NCBI RefSeq assembly: GCF_963921235.1
Contig: NC_086097.1
Span: 120,406,001-120,470,000 of the forward strand
Reading direction: 5' to 3'
DNA: 64,000 bases
Source: Mobula hypostoma
Lineage: Eukaryota
Program-made: the position numbers and the translations under genes
The notes under the pieces: model-generated
Databases searched by the model: none
What the model was told of the DNA's origin: nothing
What the model saw: the letters and a program-made list of their open reading frames with translations, nothing else
In this document: in pieces, positions 51,240-62,030 of the stretch
Numbering within the stretch: the stretch's first letter is position 1
Layout of the letters: every line of letters begins with the position of its first letter

Positions 51240-53590
51240 GGTGTTGTTTACTTAAGTAGTCCTTCTAGGTCAAAGGTAATTTGCTTCCACTTTAGTTCTA
51301 TTAATTCTGAAGTGGTTGGTAAGTTCCCTGAAGTATTTACAGACTCATTCAGTTCTGGTCATATAATATTTAATAGTGCTTCTTCTCCTCTCGTTAGCAG
51401 TGTTTCTGTGCTCCTGTTGCAATATTTGAGGTTTCAGTGCTTCCCTTTATGCTTCTTCCCAATTTTGAGGAGTCAATGAGGATCTCAGATTCTTCAGGAC
51501 GTTGATAGAAAGCATTCTCTCTATTCGCCTTGCAATTTCTTCCAATGAGAATACTTTGAGGAGAGAGCTTCTTTGGGATTCTGGAGTTAGGCACATGGGC
51601 AAAGTGACCCAGTGATGATGGAAGCATGTGATGAAGAACTAGGGATGTCGGTCTGGAAGAAGATGTTGCCATTGATTCCCCCAGAGACTTGGAGAATTTG
51701 CAGAAAGATCTGACATGTGTACTGTAAGCTTCCCATGTCCTTGAAACATGCAATGATGCAGGGATTATTGCTGATCTGCAGAATATGAACTTGAAGCCAG
51801 ATTTGGGGATTTTCTCTTTTCCTCAGGAGGCTTGGCTGGTGAATTGGTGGTTGTCGTGAAGTTCAGAAAGAGGTCATTTCCAAGGTGTAAGAAGTGTTCT
51901 ATGTTTTCTAAAGTCTTTTATTGATTTTGATTGGTGAGATAGTAGTCATAGGGCCATAGGCTTCTAAAGCACAGAAAAAGGCTCTTCAGCCCATCAAGTC
52001 AATGCCAAACTATTATTATGCCAACTCCCGTTGACCCCTATGTATACCATAGCCCTGTGCACCTGTCTCATCATATACTTATCCAAATGTTTCTAAATCA
52101 AACCTGCATTCACTACTTCCTCTGGCAGCTGGCTTCACACACTCGCCACTTTCTGAGTGACAAAGTTCCCCCACATATTCCCTCCAAATATTGAAGAAAA
52201 ATATAAAAAATGCTGGAGGAACTCAGCAGGTCAGGCAGCCTCTCTGGTGAGAAATAAACAGTTGACATTTCAGGCCAAGAGCCTTGATTAGTATTGGAAA
52301 ATAAGGGGAAAGAAACTAGAAGAAAATGATAGGGGGAAAGGAAGGAATGCAAGCTCAAAGGTGATAGGTGATGCCAGATGGTTGGTGGAGAGGGGGATGA
52401 ACCATGAAGCTGTAACTTGATAGGTGGAAAAGGTAAAGGGTTGAAGAAGAAGGAATCTGATGGGAGAGAAGAGTGAACCATGAGAAAAAATGGAAGAAGG
52501 GACACTAGGAAGAGGTGATAGGCAAGTGAAGAGAAGTGAAGAAATAAGAGGGGGTCCTGAGTGGGGAATAGAAGAACGGGAAAGGGGGAGGGGGGAGTTA
52601 CTGGGTTAGAGAAGTTAATGCTCATGCAGTAGTAGGCTATCCAGGTAGAATATGAAGAATTGCTCCTGCAACCTGAGAGTGGTGGCCACATCATTGCAGT
52701 AGTGGAGGCTATGAGGCTAGGGATCAACATGTTGGAATGGAAATGGGGATTGGAATTAAAATGGTTGGCCTTCAGTAACTCCTGCTTGTCGCAGATGGAG
52801 TGAAGGTGTTCCACAAAGTCCCCTAATCTACATTGTGTCTCACCAGTATACAGAAGGCTGCATCAGGGGCACCAGACAACAGCAGATTTGCAGATGAAGT
52901 GTTTCCTCACCTGGAAGGAATGTATTTTACCTTTCACCCTTAATCTATGAACTCCAGTTCAAATGTCACCCAACCTCAGTTGAAAAAGCCTGCTTGCATT
53001 TAACCTATCTATACCCCACTACATTTTGCATACATCTACAAATCTCTTCTGATTCTCCTATGCTCCTTTGTAGTGTAGGAGTGGGGTGGGTTGGTTGGTC
53101 AAGGTTCATTATCTGCTGATGCTTAGTGTGAGGCTTTTACCATTGGATGTTTCAGGAAATAAATCATCAATGACTTTGTACTCTGCTTTACTGTGTGCAT
53201 ATGAAAATATTATCTGTAATCTGAAAATAGATTACTATATTTGATGTGGCCATTGTTCCAAATGAAGACATTATTGATATTGAAGAAGGTCATGTATAGC
53301 GCTGGGATTTTTCTTAGCATTTTTCTTGGAGTTGTCATTCATGTACATAATGTCCAATATGCTTCTAGATGAACAGAATTGAAGCTATAGTTCAGGGAGC
53401 TAATGATAGAGGCAGTTGAGAAGGGTCTTAGCAACAAATTTCCCACTTGAAAACAGCAAGGAGAGCCTTCTGTAGTTATTACAGTCAGTCATCATTATTA
53501 CTGCCTCTCTGAGGTCCCACCTCTTTCCAGGCATGGACAAAGACATTGTAAATATGTAATGAATCATTTTCAGTACCAAACTTTAGAACT
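51240..53590 (-). mobile_element. Old LINE (probably RTE-type) remnant interrupted by CR1 tail and degenerate Penelope (52190-52920)
   Basis: Minus strand EHFLHLGNDL (FxYLG-like) ~51880; Penelope part: EHLHSICDKQELLKANHFN in ORF 52113-52814. Confidence 0.5.
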
Positions 53591-54984
53591 TCAGCACATT
53601 TATTATGTACTTCAAAGGCATTATAAATTTTGAGCAGCATGTTCTCTACGCAAAAGTAAAGATGATCAAGTTTTTAAAAACAGGCAGAAAACAAAAGAAT
53701 TCATGGGTTCATAAACAGGGAGTGTCGGCTGATAATAAGCATGAAAAGAGCAGAAATGGCTGGCTACATTGGAAAGAGTGCCATGTTTGGTTGCACAATA
53801 GATAACTGACTCATGTTTACTGAGATAGCTGAACAGTATTTAAAAGCAAATGAAATTGCCAATGAGAAGAGAGTGCCAATTTTGCTGAGTGCATTGGTTT
53901 TAAAGCCATATAGTTTGCATAGAAATTTAACTGCTCCAACCAGACCAGCCAAAATGAGCTTGGCTGAAGTCATGAAAATAATACAGGAACATTTAGAACT
54001 AAAACCATTGCTGATTGCAGAAACACTTTAGGTTTCATAAGCAGAATCAGGAGGTGAAATCTACGTCAGTATATGTTTCTAAATTGAAGAGTCTGTCTAA
54101 GCATTTTCAATTTGGTAATGGTCTTAATGATGCATTAAGAGATCATTTTGTTTGTGGAATCTTACAAGAAAACATTCAAAACTGGCTCCTAAATAAAGGA
54201 CATCTAACATTTAAAAGAGTAGTTGAAATAACTGTATCAATGAAAACCTCATAGAGACACTATTGAGCTGCAGTCAGGAATGAAATTATGTGGGAACAAA
54301 TTTGCAACATCTAAACAGAAATAGGATTGGTGAACAAATTTTTTGTTGCTGCAGGGGCTTACATAAACCAGAAGTATGCAGATTTAAAGGTGAAATTTGC
54401 TGAAAATGCAACAAAATAGGAATAATATGCTGGGCAAACAAAAATTAATGGGCTTCACTGGGAAGAGGAAAAAATAAAAATCAAGTTGCAGCATCAAAAA
54501 GAAAACTAATCCGCATGGTTGTTAAAAAAAATCTTATGACAGTGACACAGGACTGTGTAGCCTTGAGATTTTCATGTGAAAACTAATGATAGAGAATAAA
54601 TATGGCCTACACGAGAAGTGAACAGCAAGATAATTAAAAAGAGATTGGGCACTGGCTCAATGTTTCAGTCATTGTACAAAATGAGTTTGAACTGCACTGC
54701 AAAGATACTGAACCAAAGCCTGCAGATATCCAACTAGGAACTTTTGCTGTAGAAAACAACTCCTGTGGGGATGACAGCGAAGTACAGTAGCCAACAAGCT
54801 ACATTGTGCCATTGTGCTTGTATGTGGTAAAAACAGGAGGGACAGTGTTATGGGGACAAGAGCGGCTGAGACAACTATAACTTGATTGGAGATCCATCCA
54901 CTACTTGTATGCCTCATCCCATGCAATAGAGCCAACTGAAAGCAAATTAAGGAAGGCACGGGACGATGCCACAACTGTCTCTAT

Positions 54985-55860
54985 GCTGAACACCATGTAT
55001 CATTGCCCAACAGGGGATAACATAGTGTTGATTCCAACCTCTGTGCCTCTGGTTGGAAAGTATATTGGACCAAGGAAGGACCATGTTTCTCAGTGGAATC
55101 ATGAATGAGACATAAGTAGTAGCCCAACTTAAACAGTTTTTATAGGTGACATACCTGAGAAAGCTTCTGATATGTTAGCCAGACAGTTACTTCCAAAATA
55201 TGGCTTGGTTTTAAGTTGGAACAGAGTTCAAGGAGTTTCAGGGAGGTTGCAAGCATTTGGCCTTTGTGAGCATAAAGGACCAGAACCGACTCTGCATATA
55301 TTAAGGTCGTTGCATGAACTTCAAGTGAGAGATAAAAAGCTGCTTGTAAAAGTAGATGCAAAGACCAAAAGCAAGCTAGATGAATGGAATTCCAAAAAAA
55401 GCAGTCAATGGAGATACAAAGACAAAGGATTTATCAGATTGATGTTGTCGATGAAGAAAGCAAGATGAATGATCAGATTGTAAAGGGAGCAATAGATGGA
55501 TTAATAAGAGAATACTCCAGTGATCTAAATGGATCTTCCCAAGGCTAAGATGCACATCCAGAAAAGAAGGTAAAAGAAAAGAAAGAGAACTATGAAATAA
55601 ATGCTATGGAAATGGGAGAGAATAAGCACTACCTAATTTCTCGAAAAATTAGCATATTCAGAAATACAAGTAACTAGAAGTAAAAGGAAGGTGAGAAAAA
55701 GGAAGGTGAGAAAAAGAAAGGTGGAAACAAGAGAAGAGAAATGAGAAAGAAGAAGAAAAGGATCAAGTGTGGGATAAAGAGAGGGAAAGAAGCTGGGACC
55801 AGTAGGGAACCAAGGATTGAAATAGATCCAGAGAGAAAAGCTGAGCAAAGGAAAAGAAAG
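54985..55860 (+). pseudogene. RBM25: Processed (intronless) partial RBM25 pseudogene: RRM + start of RE/RD-rich region
   Basis: GKYIGPRKDH; TVFIGDIPEKASDMLARQLLPKYGLVLSWNRVQGVSGRLQAFGLCEHKGPEPTL..KKLLVKVDAKTKSKLDEW; DQIVKGAIDGLIREYSSDLN; INAMEM..LISRKISIFRNT; NRSREKS; contains stops and frameshifts. Confidence 0.93.
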
Positions 55861-56673
55861 GTGTTCAGAGCTTTCAGAACTACTTCCTGCAGTTCCAGAT
55901 TCAACTCCCACAACCATCCTGTAGGAGGCCCCAGATCCTGAGATTATTTCACAGCCACACGTCTCACTTGCCAAGCAGAGTGATCTCCCTTGTCAGGAAA
56001 AACATTATCCCACAAGAATAAGAAAGCCTCCACAGCGATTAAATCTTTAGACCTGAATGGGACAGTATAAAATTTACTATGCTGTGAATGTCTATATATA
56101 GTAGTCATATTATAGTAGTTATATTATATAGTACACTGCATTTGTCAACGTGGAGTGGGAAGCGAGTTTTTAAATCTGGCGAGAGCAAAGGATGTTGGGA
56201 ATGGGGAGGGTGGAGGGCTGCAGGAGGGGTGTGGAACAGGTGCCAGAGGAAGAGTGCCAGGTGTAAGGGGGGTGGTACAGGAGCCAGCCCTGAGACACCA
56301 GGCAAAGTCATTTGATTCCAAACAATTGGTTTATTGGTTACAGAATGTCTGCCTGGTGCTTCCAGCTCCCTCCCCTCTCCCTTCCCCTTTTCCCAACCAT
56401 GATTGCCTTCCCTCTGCCTCCTTCTCACTTTCAGTCCACAATAGAGTCCCATATCAGAACCAGCTCTATCATCACTCACATACGTACATCATGAAATTTG
56501 TTTTGCTTTGTGGCTGCAGTAAAGTATAATATATAAAATTACTACAGTACTGTACTATGCAAAAGTCTTAGGCACCTTAGCTATATACAGTATATGTGCC
56601 TATGACATTTGCACAATTCTATATATATATACATTCTATATTGTGTTGAAGTTTATAGCTAAGCAGAGAGGAG

Positions 56674-56910
56674 TGTTGTGTATTTAATATTTCAGTAATA
56701 TTGGAGTAATATTCAAAATATATTGTTTAAATAAGCATCTTTATTTGTTTACATAATTCATATGGGTAATATGGAAAAAATGTGTGGATTTCATACATCA
56801 TGATGCAACCATGTGACAAGTGCATTCTTTGCTTAAAAGTAAGCACAAAGTCAGACACACGTGTTTTCCCCTCAATTAGTCTTTATGCTTTGGAGTTACA
56901 AAACATAACA
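56674..56910 (+). repeat. 3' LTR of the Gypsy element
   Basis: Follows polypurine tract; TGTTG...TAACA termini. Confidence 0.7.
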
Positions 56911-58039
56911 AGTTGCACATTGCATATTTTTTAAAAAGGCTTGGAATTCAAATCGAATGATTTTATATCCAGAGGCTGCAATTTAAACTCTGAAATCCGG
57001 GTCAGTTGAAATGTCTTCTTCTGCTTGCAGTCTACCAGTGGATAAAGTGATGAAAGAGCTTGATCTGTCAGAGTTAGCAACAGTCTGAATGCTCAAATAA
57101 ACTGCAGACAGACTGCTTTTAACAGATTTCTTCTCTAATAGACTTGGAAGAGCTGGTGGATAACAAGTATAGTTAAAATAAACATAATACATAAGATGCT
57201 GGAGGAACTCGGCAAGTCAGGCACCATCTGTGGAGAGCAGTAAAGTCAATATTTTGGATCAACACCCGTAATTACAATTGAGACCCTTCATTGCATTGAG
57301 ACCTTTCATCAATAATAACACTGTCGTGGTTCTACCTATTGACAATTCTTTGGAGAGATGTTTGCCAAATGCCTCCTAATATAGTAAAGCCTCCTGTTCC
57401 ATTCCTTCTCATTTACTCGTGGATACATCAGGTTAGCCATAGCACTCTGTTGAAAAGCTATTAATTTCTGTAAGCACACCCCCTGCTCACAGCCTTTGCT
57501 GTCTATTTGTTTCCTTCTGCTTGTCCTCCCTTTCTTTGCAGGTATAATATTACTAACAGGATCCCACAGTCCACTGCTTGAAGCCTCTTAAGAGTTCGTG
57601 TTCACCTGCAACTGAAACCACGTTGTTATTCCAAAAGTATTATTTCATCTGATGAAAATCATTCTAAAACTTTCTAGTTTCAGGCAAATTCCAACAGATG
57701 ATTCTTAGATATTGATAGACATTACCATTGTACATATAAACGTAGGACATAGTTCAATAAACAAACTCTATTTGTTCATTCATGGAATTGAACAGACAGG
57801 AAACTGTAGGGTCTCTATGTTTCAAAGGATTCAATGTATAATTATTATCAAAATATGCATGCAGTATAGAACCCTGAGATTCATCTTCTTCACAGACAGC
57901 TACAAAACTACTTGCACTAGCCACAGATAAAACAAGTATTGTGTGAATGCTCACATACCTTTGTTAACATGAAGCTGCACAGGCCAACAATGTTGGTATC
58001 TCACTCATTTGTATTTAATAGAAAAGATTTTATAAAAGA

Positions 58040-58315
58040 CTTTATTTGTCACATGTAGATTGAAACACACAGTGAAATGTGTCCTCTGTGTTGAGGATAT
58101 ACTGGAGGCAGCCTACAAGTACCACCACGTCTTTGATGCCATCACAACATGCCCACAACTCACTATCCCTAACCGTATGTCTTTGGAATGTAGGAGGAAA
58201 CTGAGAGGAAACCCACAAAGTCACGGGGAGAACATATGAACTTACAGTAATGGGAATTAAACCCCAATCATACAGTTGGTGCTGTAAAGTGTTTCATTAA
58301 CTGCTACGTTACCAG
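58040..58315 (-). mobile_element. V-SINE (HE1-like)
   Basis: ggaggaaactgagaggaaacccacaaagtcacggggagaac...gggaattaaaccc; a partial copy is at ~50080-50285. Confidence 0.7.
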
Positions 58316-58532
58316 CTTTGAGCTATCTTCTGGCTGGTCCTCAATTGGGGAGGTGAGAGTTGACCATGGATATTGCATCCTTGCTGTCTAGAAACACAAA
58401 CCTGGGCAGTATGATATGGAGAGCAAGCTGTTGCCCATGTAACAAGCTCCCTCTCTCCATGCATCTGATAAACCCAAAGCGAAGGCAGAGGCCAATACAG
58501 TTTGGTACCTGCAGCTTCTCAGGAGTTGCCAG

Positions 58533-59389
58533 TGTTACGAGAATACACATAAAATTAAGATGTTTGCTGGCCTGGGCTAGCATCAGTGGCATCAGCAGTT
58601 GGTCTGCCACCTGCCCTCAGGGGAAGGAGAGATAAGGAACAATGGAGCAGCGTCTGGAGATGTGTAATGAAGGAACGGGGGAGAGAGAGAGCTGTCTGGA
58701 GCGGCTCCCCTCTTTGAACCTTGAACTGTTTGAAGTGATGGACAGGCGATACCCCAGCAGGGGGATAAAAAGGGACCGGTTCGCTAAGGCAGACACACAC
58801 GCCACCCGAGGTAACGAGACCCTGGAAGCGGTGCGCCTCTCACGAGTGGGTGAGAAGTATCAGACAACGACCAGGGTGGAAAGGTACGATCAGCGGGAAC
58901 CCGGTGTGTGTCCGCCCTTGCCTGGGTGCCGGGTTCACTGCAGAGGATCGACCGCATCTGGAGGAGGGGTCACAGTCGGTGACCTCAGGTGACATCACCA
59001 AGGACCCGCCCAAAAGTTCCTTGTGAGCCATCTTGCCGGTTTGTGAGTGAAGCTGTACTGAATGATCAGTTGTTCCTGTTCTCTCTGTCTCTCTTCCCCC
59101 ACCTTGTCCATCGTCATGGCAACGATTACTGCGAACTGAACTGGACTGAACTTTGAGTCATTTTGAAATTTGGTCATTTACCCCTAGACAACGATAGAGC
59201 TTGATTGATGCTGTTATCTTAATTCTGTGCACATGTGTGTTTATCATCGCTGAACTGTTGCATTTATTATCCTTTCGATTACTGTGTTGCTTGTTTCTTT
59301 AATAGAACTTTCTTAGTTCTAGTACTCCAGACTCCAACTGAGTGATCCATTTCTGCTGGTTTGGCAACCCAGTTACGGGGTACGTAACA
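58533..59389 (+). mobile_element. Young solo LTR (857 bp) with 4-bp TSD
   Basis: TGTTACG...CGTAACA termini; TSD ccag at 58529-58532 and 59390-59393; CpG-rich; strand inferred from gggataaaag and aatagaa placement. Confidence 0.9.
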
Positions 59390-60279
59390 CCAGTCAGGTT
59401 GAACTCAATGTATGGAGCCTTGGGGACTCCAGCTCCAGATTTTTCCTTAAGGGTTTACTCCTGAAGCCTTCCCCATGAGTGGGTATAGCCGCAAAGCAGT
59501 GGAGGTTTGAGATCAGACTTTTCCTTCTCCTAGATGAGCTGCCAACCCCAGATGATGAACCCCATCTGCCCGAAGCAACTGGTTTTGGGGGGCCAGTAAC
59601 CCACCTTTGTCCTTTCTTCTGTCAGTAGAAACGGTCCTGATGAGCTTAATAACTAAGTCACATGCGAAGGTCAGGAGCTGAGCTTGGTTATCAGAGGTTA
59701 TTTGAGGCACATGCCATTGGGACTATTTAATAGCTTGCCCCTATTACTGCCCTCAGCCATAACAACCTTAAGGAACTGATCCTCAATTATAAAAACACAA
59801 ATTAGAAGGCACATGTGCTTGTAATGACAGACTGATGCTAATTGGTTCTAAGTTGTCCCATTCCACTAGAGAGAGATTTCATAATGAAATATTGGAATAT
59901 CTCAGCAATAGTTTTATATTTTGTTTTATATAGTGTTTTATAAAGTACTTTATTTTCTGTACTTTCCCTTGTTTTTGTTTTGTTGCCATTTTATGCAATT
60001 TGTTTTTGTTTGCGCATCGGGGAGGGGAGGATTGATGATTTTTCTTTGAACGGGTTTCACGATTCTTTCTTGTTTTGAGGCTGTATGTGGGGAAGGTGAA
60101 TCACAGGGTTGTATAATGCAAACATACTTTGATAATAAATGTATTTTGAATCCTTTGAAGAGCGTGAGTTGTTACTGGACCCCATGGTAGAGCCCAGCAG
60201 AAGAGCAGTGACAGATCTACCAACTCTGTATCCCATACTTACAACAGGTCTGCAAATTACTTGCATGAAAACAGCCAAA

Positions 60280-60565
60280 GGCCTCCTGTCCCATGATCCT
60301 CTCGTATCCCCTTTTGCCTATCACCTGTCCAGCTCTCGGCTCTATCCCTCCCCCTCCTGTCTTCTCCTATCATTTTGCATCTCCCCCTCCCCCTCCAGCT
60401 TTCAAATCCCTTACTCACTCTTCCTTCAGTTAGTCCTGACGAAGGGTCTCGGCCTGAAACGTCGACTGCGCCTCTTCCTATAGATGCTGCTTGGCCTGCT
60501 GCGTTCACCAGCAACTTTGATGTGTGTTGCTTGAATTTCCAGCATCTGCAGAATTCCTGTTGTTG
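60280..60565 (+). mobile_element. Young Penelope pLTR fragment
   Basis: Nearly identical to the reverse complement of 49210-49492. Confidence 0.9.
60427..60468 (+). ncRNA. Minimal type I hammerhead ribozyme, intact core (predicted cleavage after GUC at 60463)
   Basis: cagttagtc CTGACGA agggtctcggcct GAAA c GTC gactg; stem I AGTC/GACT, palindromic ACGT stem III. Confidence 0.8.
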
Positions 60566-61196
60566 TCATTTTCAAGATTTGCTCACTCTTGGAGACTGGT
60601 GGAGGAAAATTCATTTCTTGTTCAATATATTCCTAGAGCCATTGGTGACATACCAAACCTTTTCAAACTTCTAAAGTTGCAACACTTCTCCTATTGAGTG
60701 GTGTCACAACAGCAACCTTGCACTCACTGTCAGTAACACCAACAAATTGATTGTGGACTTCAGGAAGTGGAAGTTGAGAGAACACACACCAAGTGCTCAT
60801 TCAGGGATCAGCAGTGGAAAGGGTGAATAGTTTCAGATTCCTGGGGGGGTCAACATCTCTGAAGATCTATCCAGGGCCCAACATACTGATGGAATTACAA
60901 AGAAGGTATATCAGTGGCTATATCTCATTCGGATATAGCTATAGAGATTTGGTATGTCTCCACAGACGCTAGCAAACTTCTACAGATGTACCATGGAGAG
61001 CATTCTAACTGGTTTCATCTCCGCGTGGTAGAGAAGGGCCACTGCACAGGATTGATAAAAGCTGTAGAGGGCTTCAGACTCAGTTAGCTCCATCATGGAC
61101 ATTAGCCTCCTCTGCACTGAGGGCATCTTCAAAAGGAGATGCTTCAAAAATGGGGCATCCATCATTAAGGGCCCCCACAACCCAGGATGTGGTCTC

Positions 61197-61612
61197 TTCT
61201 TTTTCTTTGTCATTTATTTTTTATTGAGGTTCATCAACAAACAAACATTTCCATAAGATGTATTTCTACATATAATATCATATAGTCATATTTGTCACAA
61301 ATGTCCACATAATATTTATCTGAGGCATACACTTATAGAAAGGAGAGGAAAGTTAGAACAATCAAAAGAAGAATACTATGTACAAAGTAGGGAGTGATTT
61401 TTTTTTACAACATGTTCATTGACTTATGAGAATAAAATCAGGCCTATGAGGTGTTATGTAGTTAAACCATTTTTCCCAGTATGAACCAAATTGTTCCAAC
61501 TTACGATTAACAGATGCTGTTATCCTCTCCATTTTGTAAATGTCCACCCATACATTTAAAGTTGGGCTCTCCTGTGATAACCATTTCCTGGTTAGGATCT
61601 TTTTACCAGCCA
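61197..61612 (-). mobile_element. 5'-truncated L1/Tx1-type LINE 3' end
   Basis: ORF 61416-61613 AGKKILTRKW..PT..W...ME.IT......F..YW.KW resembles the fish L1 ORF2 C-terminus; aataaa + A-rich tail on minus. Confidence 0.7.
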
Positions 61613-61832
61613 TTTGCAGTCAGAGAGGAGGTACAGGAGTATGAAGGCACAAACCCAATATTTTAGAAACAGCTTCTTCCCCTCTGCTATCAGATTTCTG
61701 TACGGATAGTGAACAAATCCATAAACTCTGCTTCAATATTTTGCCTATCTTTTTGCACTACTTATATAACTTTATATTTTATAGTATTTTTATGCATTGC
61801 TCTGTACTGCTGCCACAAAGCAATACATTTCA

Positions 61833-62030
61833 GAACATAATACTCACAAAATACTGGAGGAACTCAGCAGGCCAGGCAGCATCTATAGGAAAGAAAAAAC
61901 AGTCGACATTTTGGGCAGAGACCCTTCATCAGAGCTCTTTTCCACAGATGCTGCCTGGCCTGCTGAGCTCCCCCAGCATTTTGTATAATACTTTGATTCC
62001 CAGAATCAGCAGATTTTCTCTTGTTTGTGA
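61833..62030. mobile_element. Palindromic mini-Penelope (inverted pLTR ends)
   Basis: caaaatactggaggaactcagcaggccaggcagcatct ... agatgctgcctggcctgctgagctcccccagcattttg. Confidence 0.8.

Larger units (their letters stand above)
53600..56910 (+). mobile_element. Gypsy (K02A2.6/Mag-like) element with pol core replaced by RBM25 cDNA; 3' LTR present, 5' LTR not seen
   Basis: gag from MAGYIGK (53756): EQYLKANEI..VPILLS, RFHKQNQ..LRDHFVCGI; decayed knuckle ~54345-54420; protease region to ~54978; pol C-terminus HYPTRIRKPPQRLNL* ending 56050; PPT aagcagagaggag 56661-56673. Confidence 0.85.

Noticed and set aside
55172..55468. Functional RBM25 gene/exon
   Set aside because: No introns, in-frame stops and frameshifts on both sides, substitutions in a normally highly conserved RRM, embedded in a Gypsy element.
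56983..57192. Possible minus-strand coding exon
   Set aside because: Short ORF with no recognisable homology and weak splice context.
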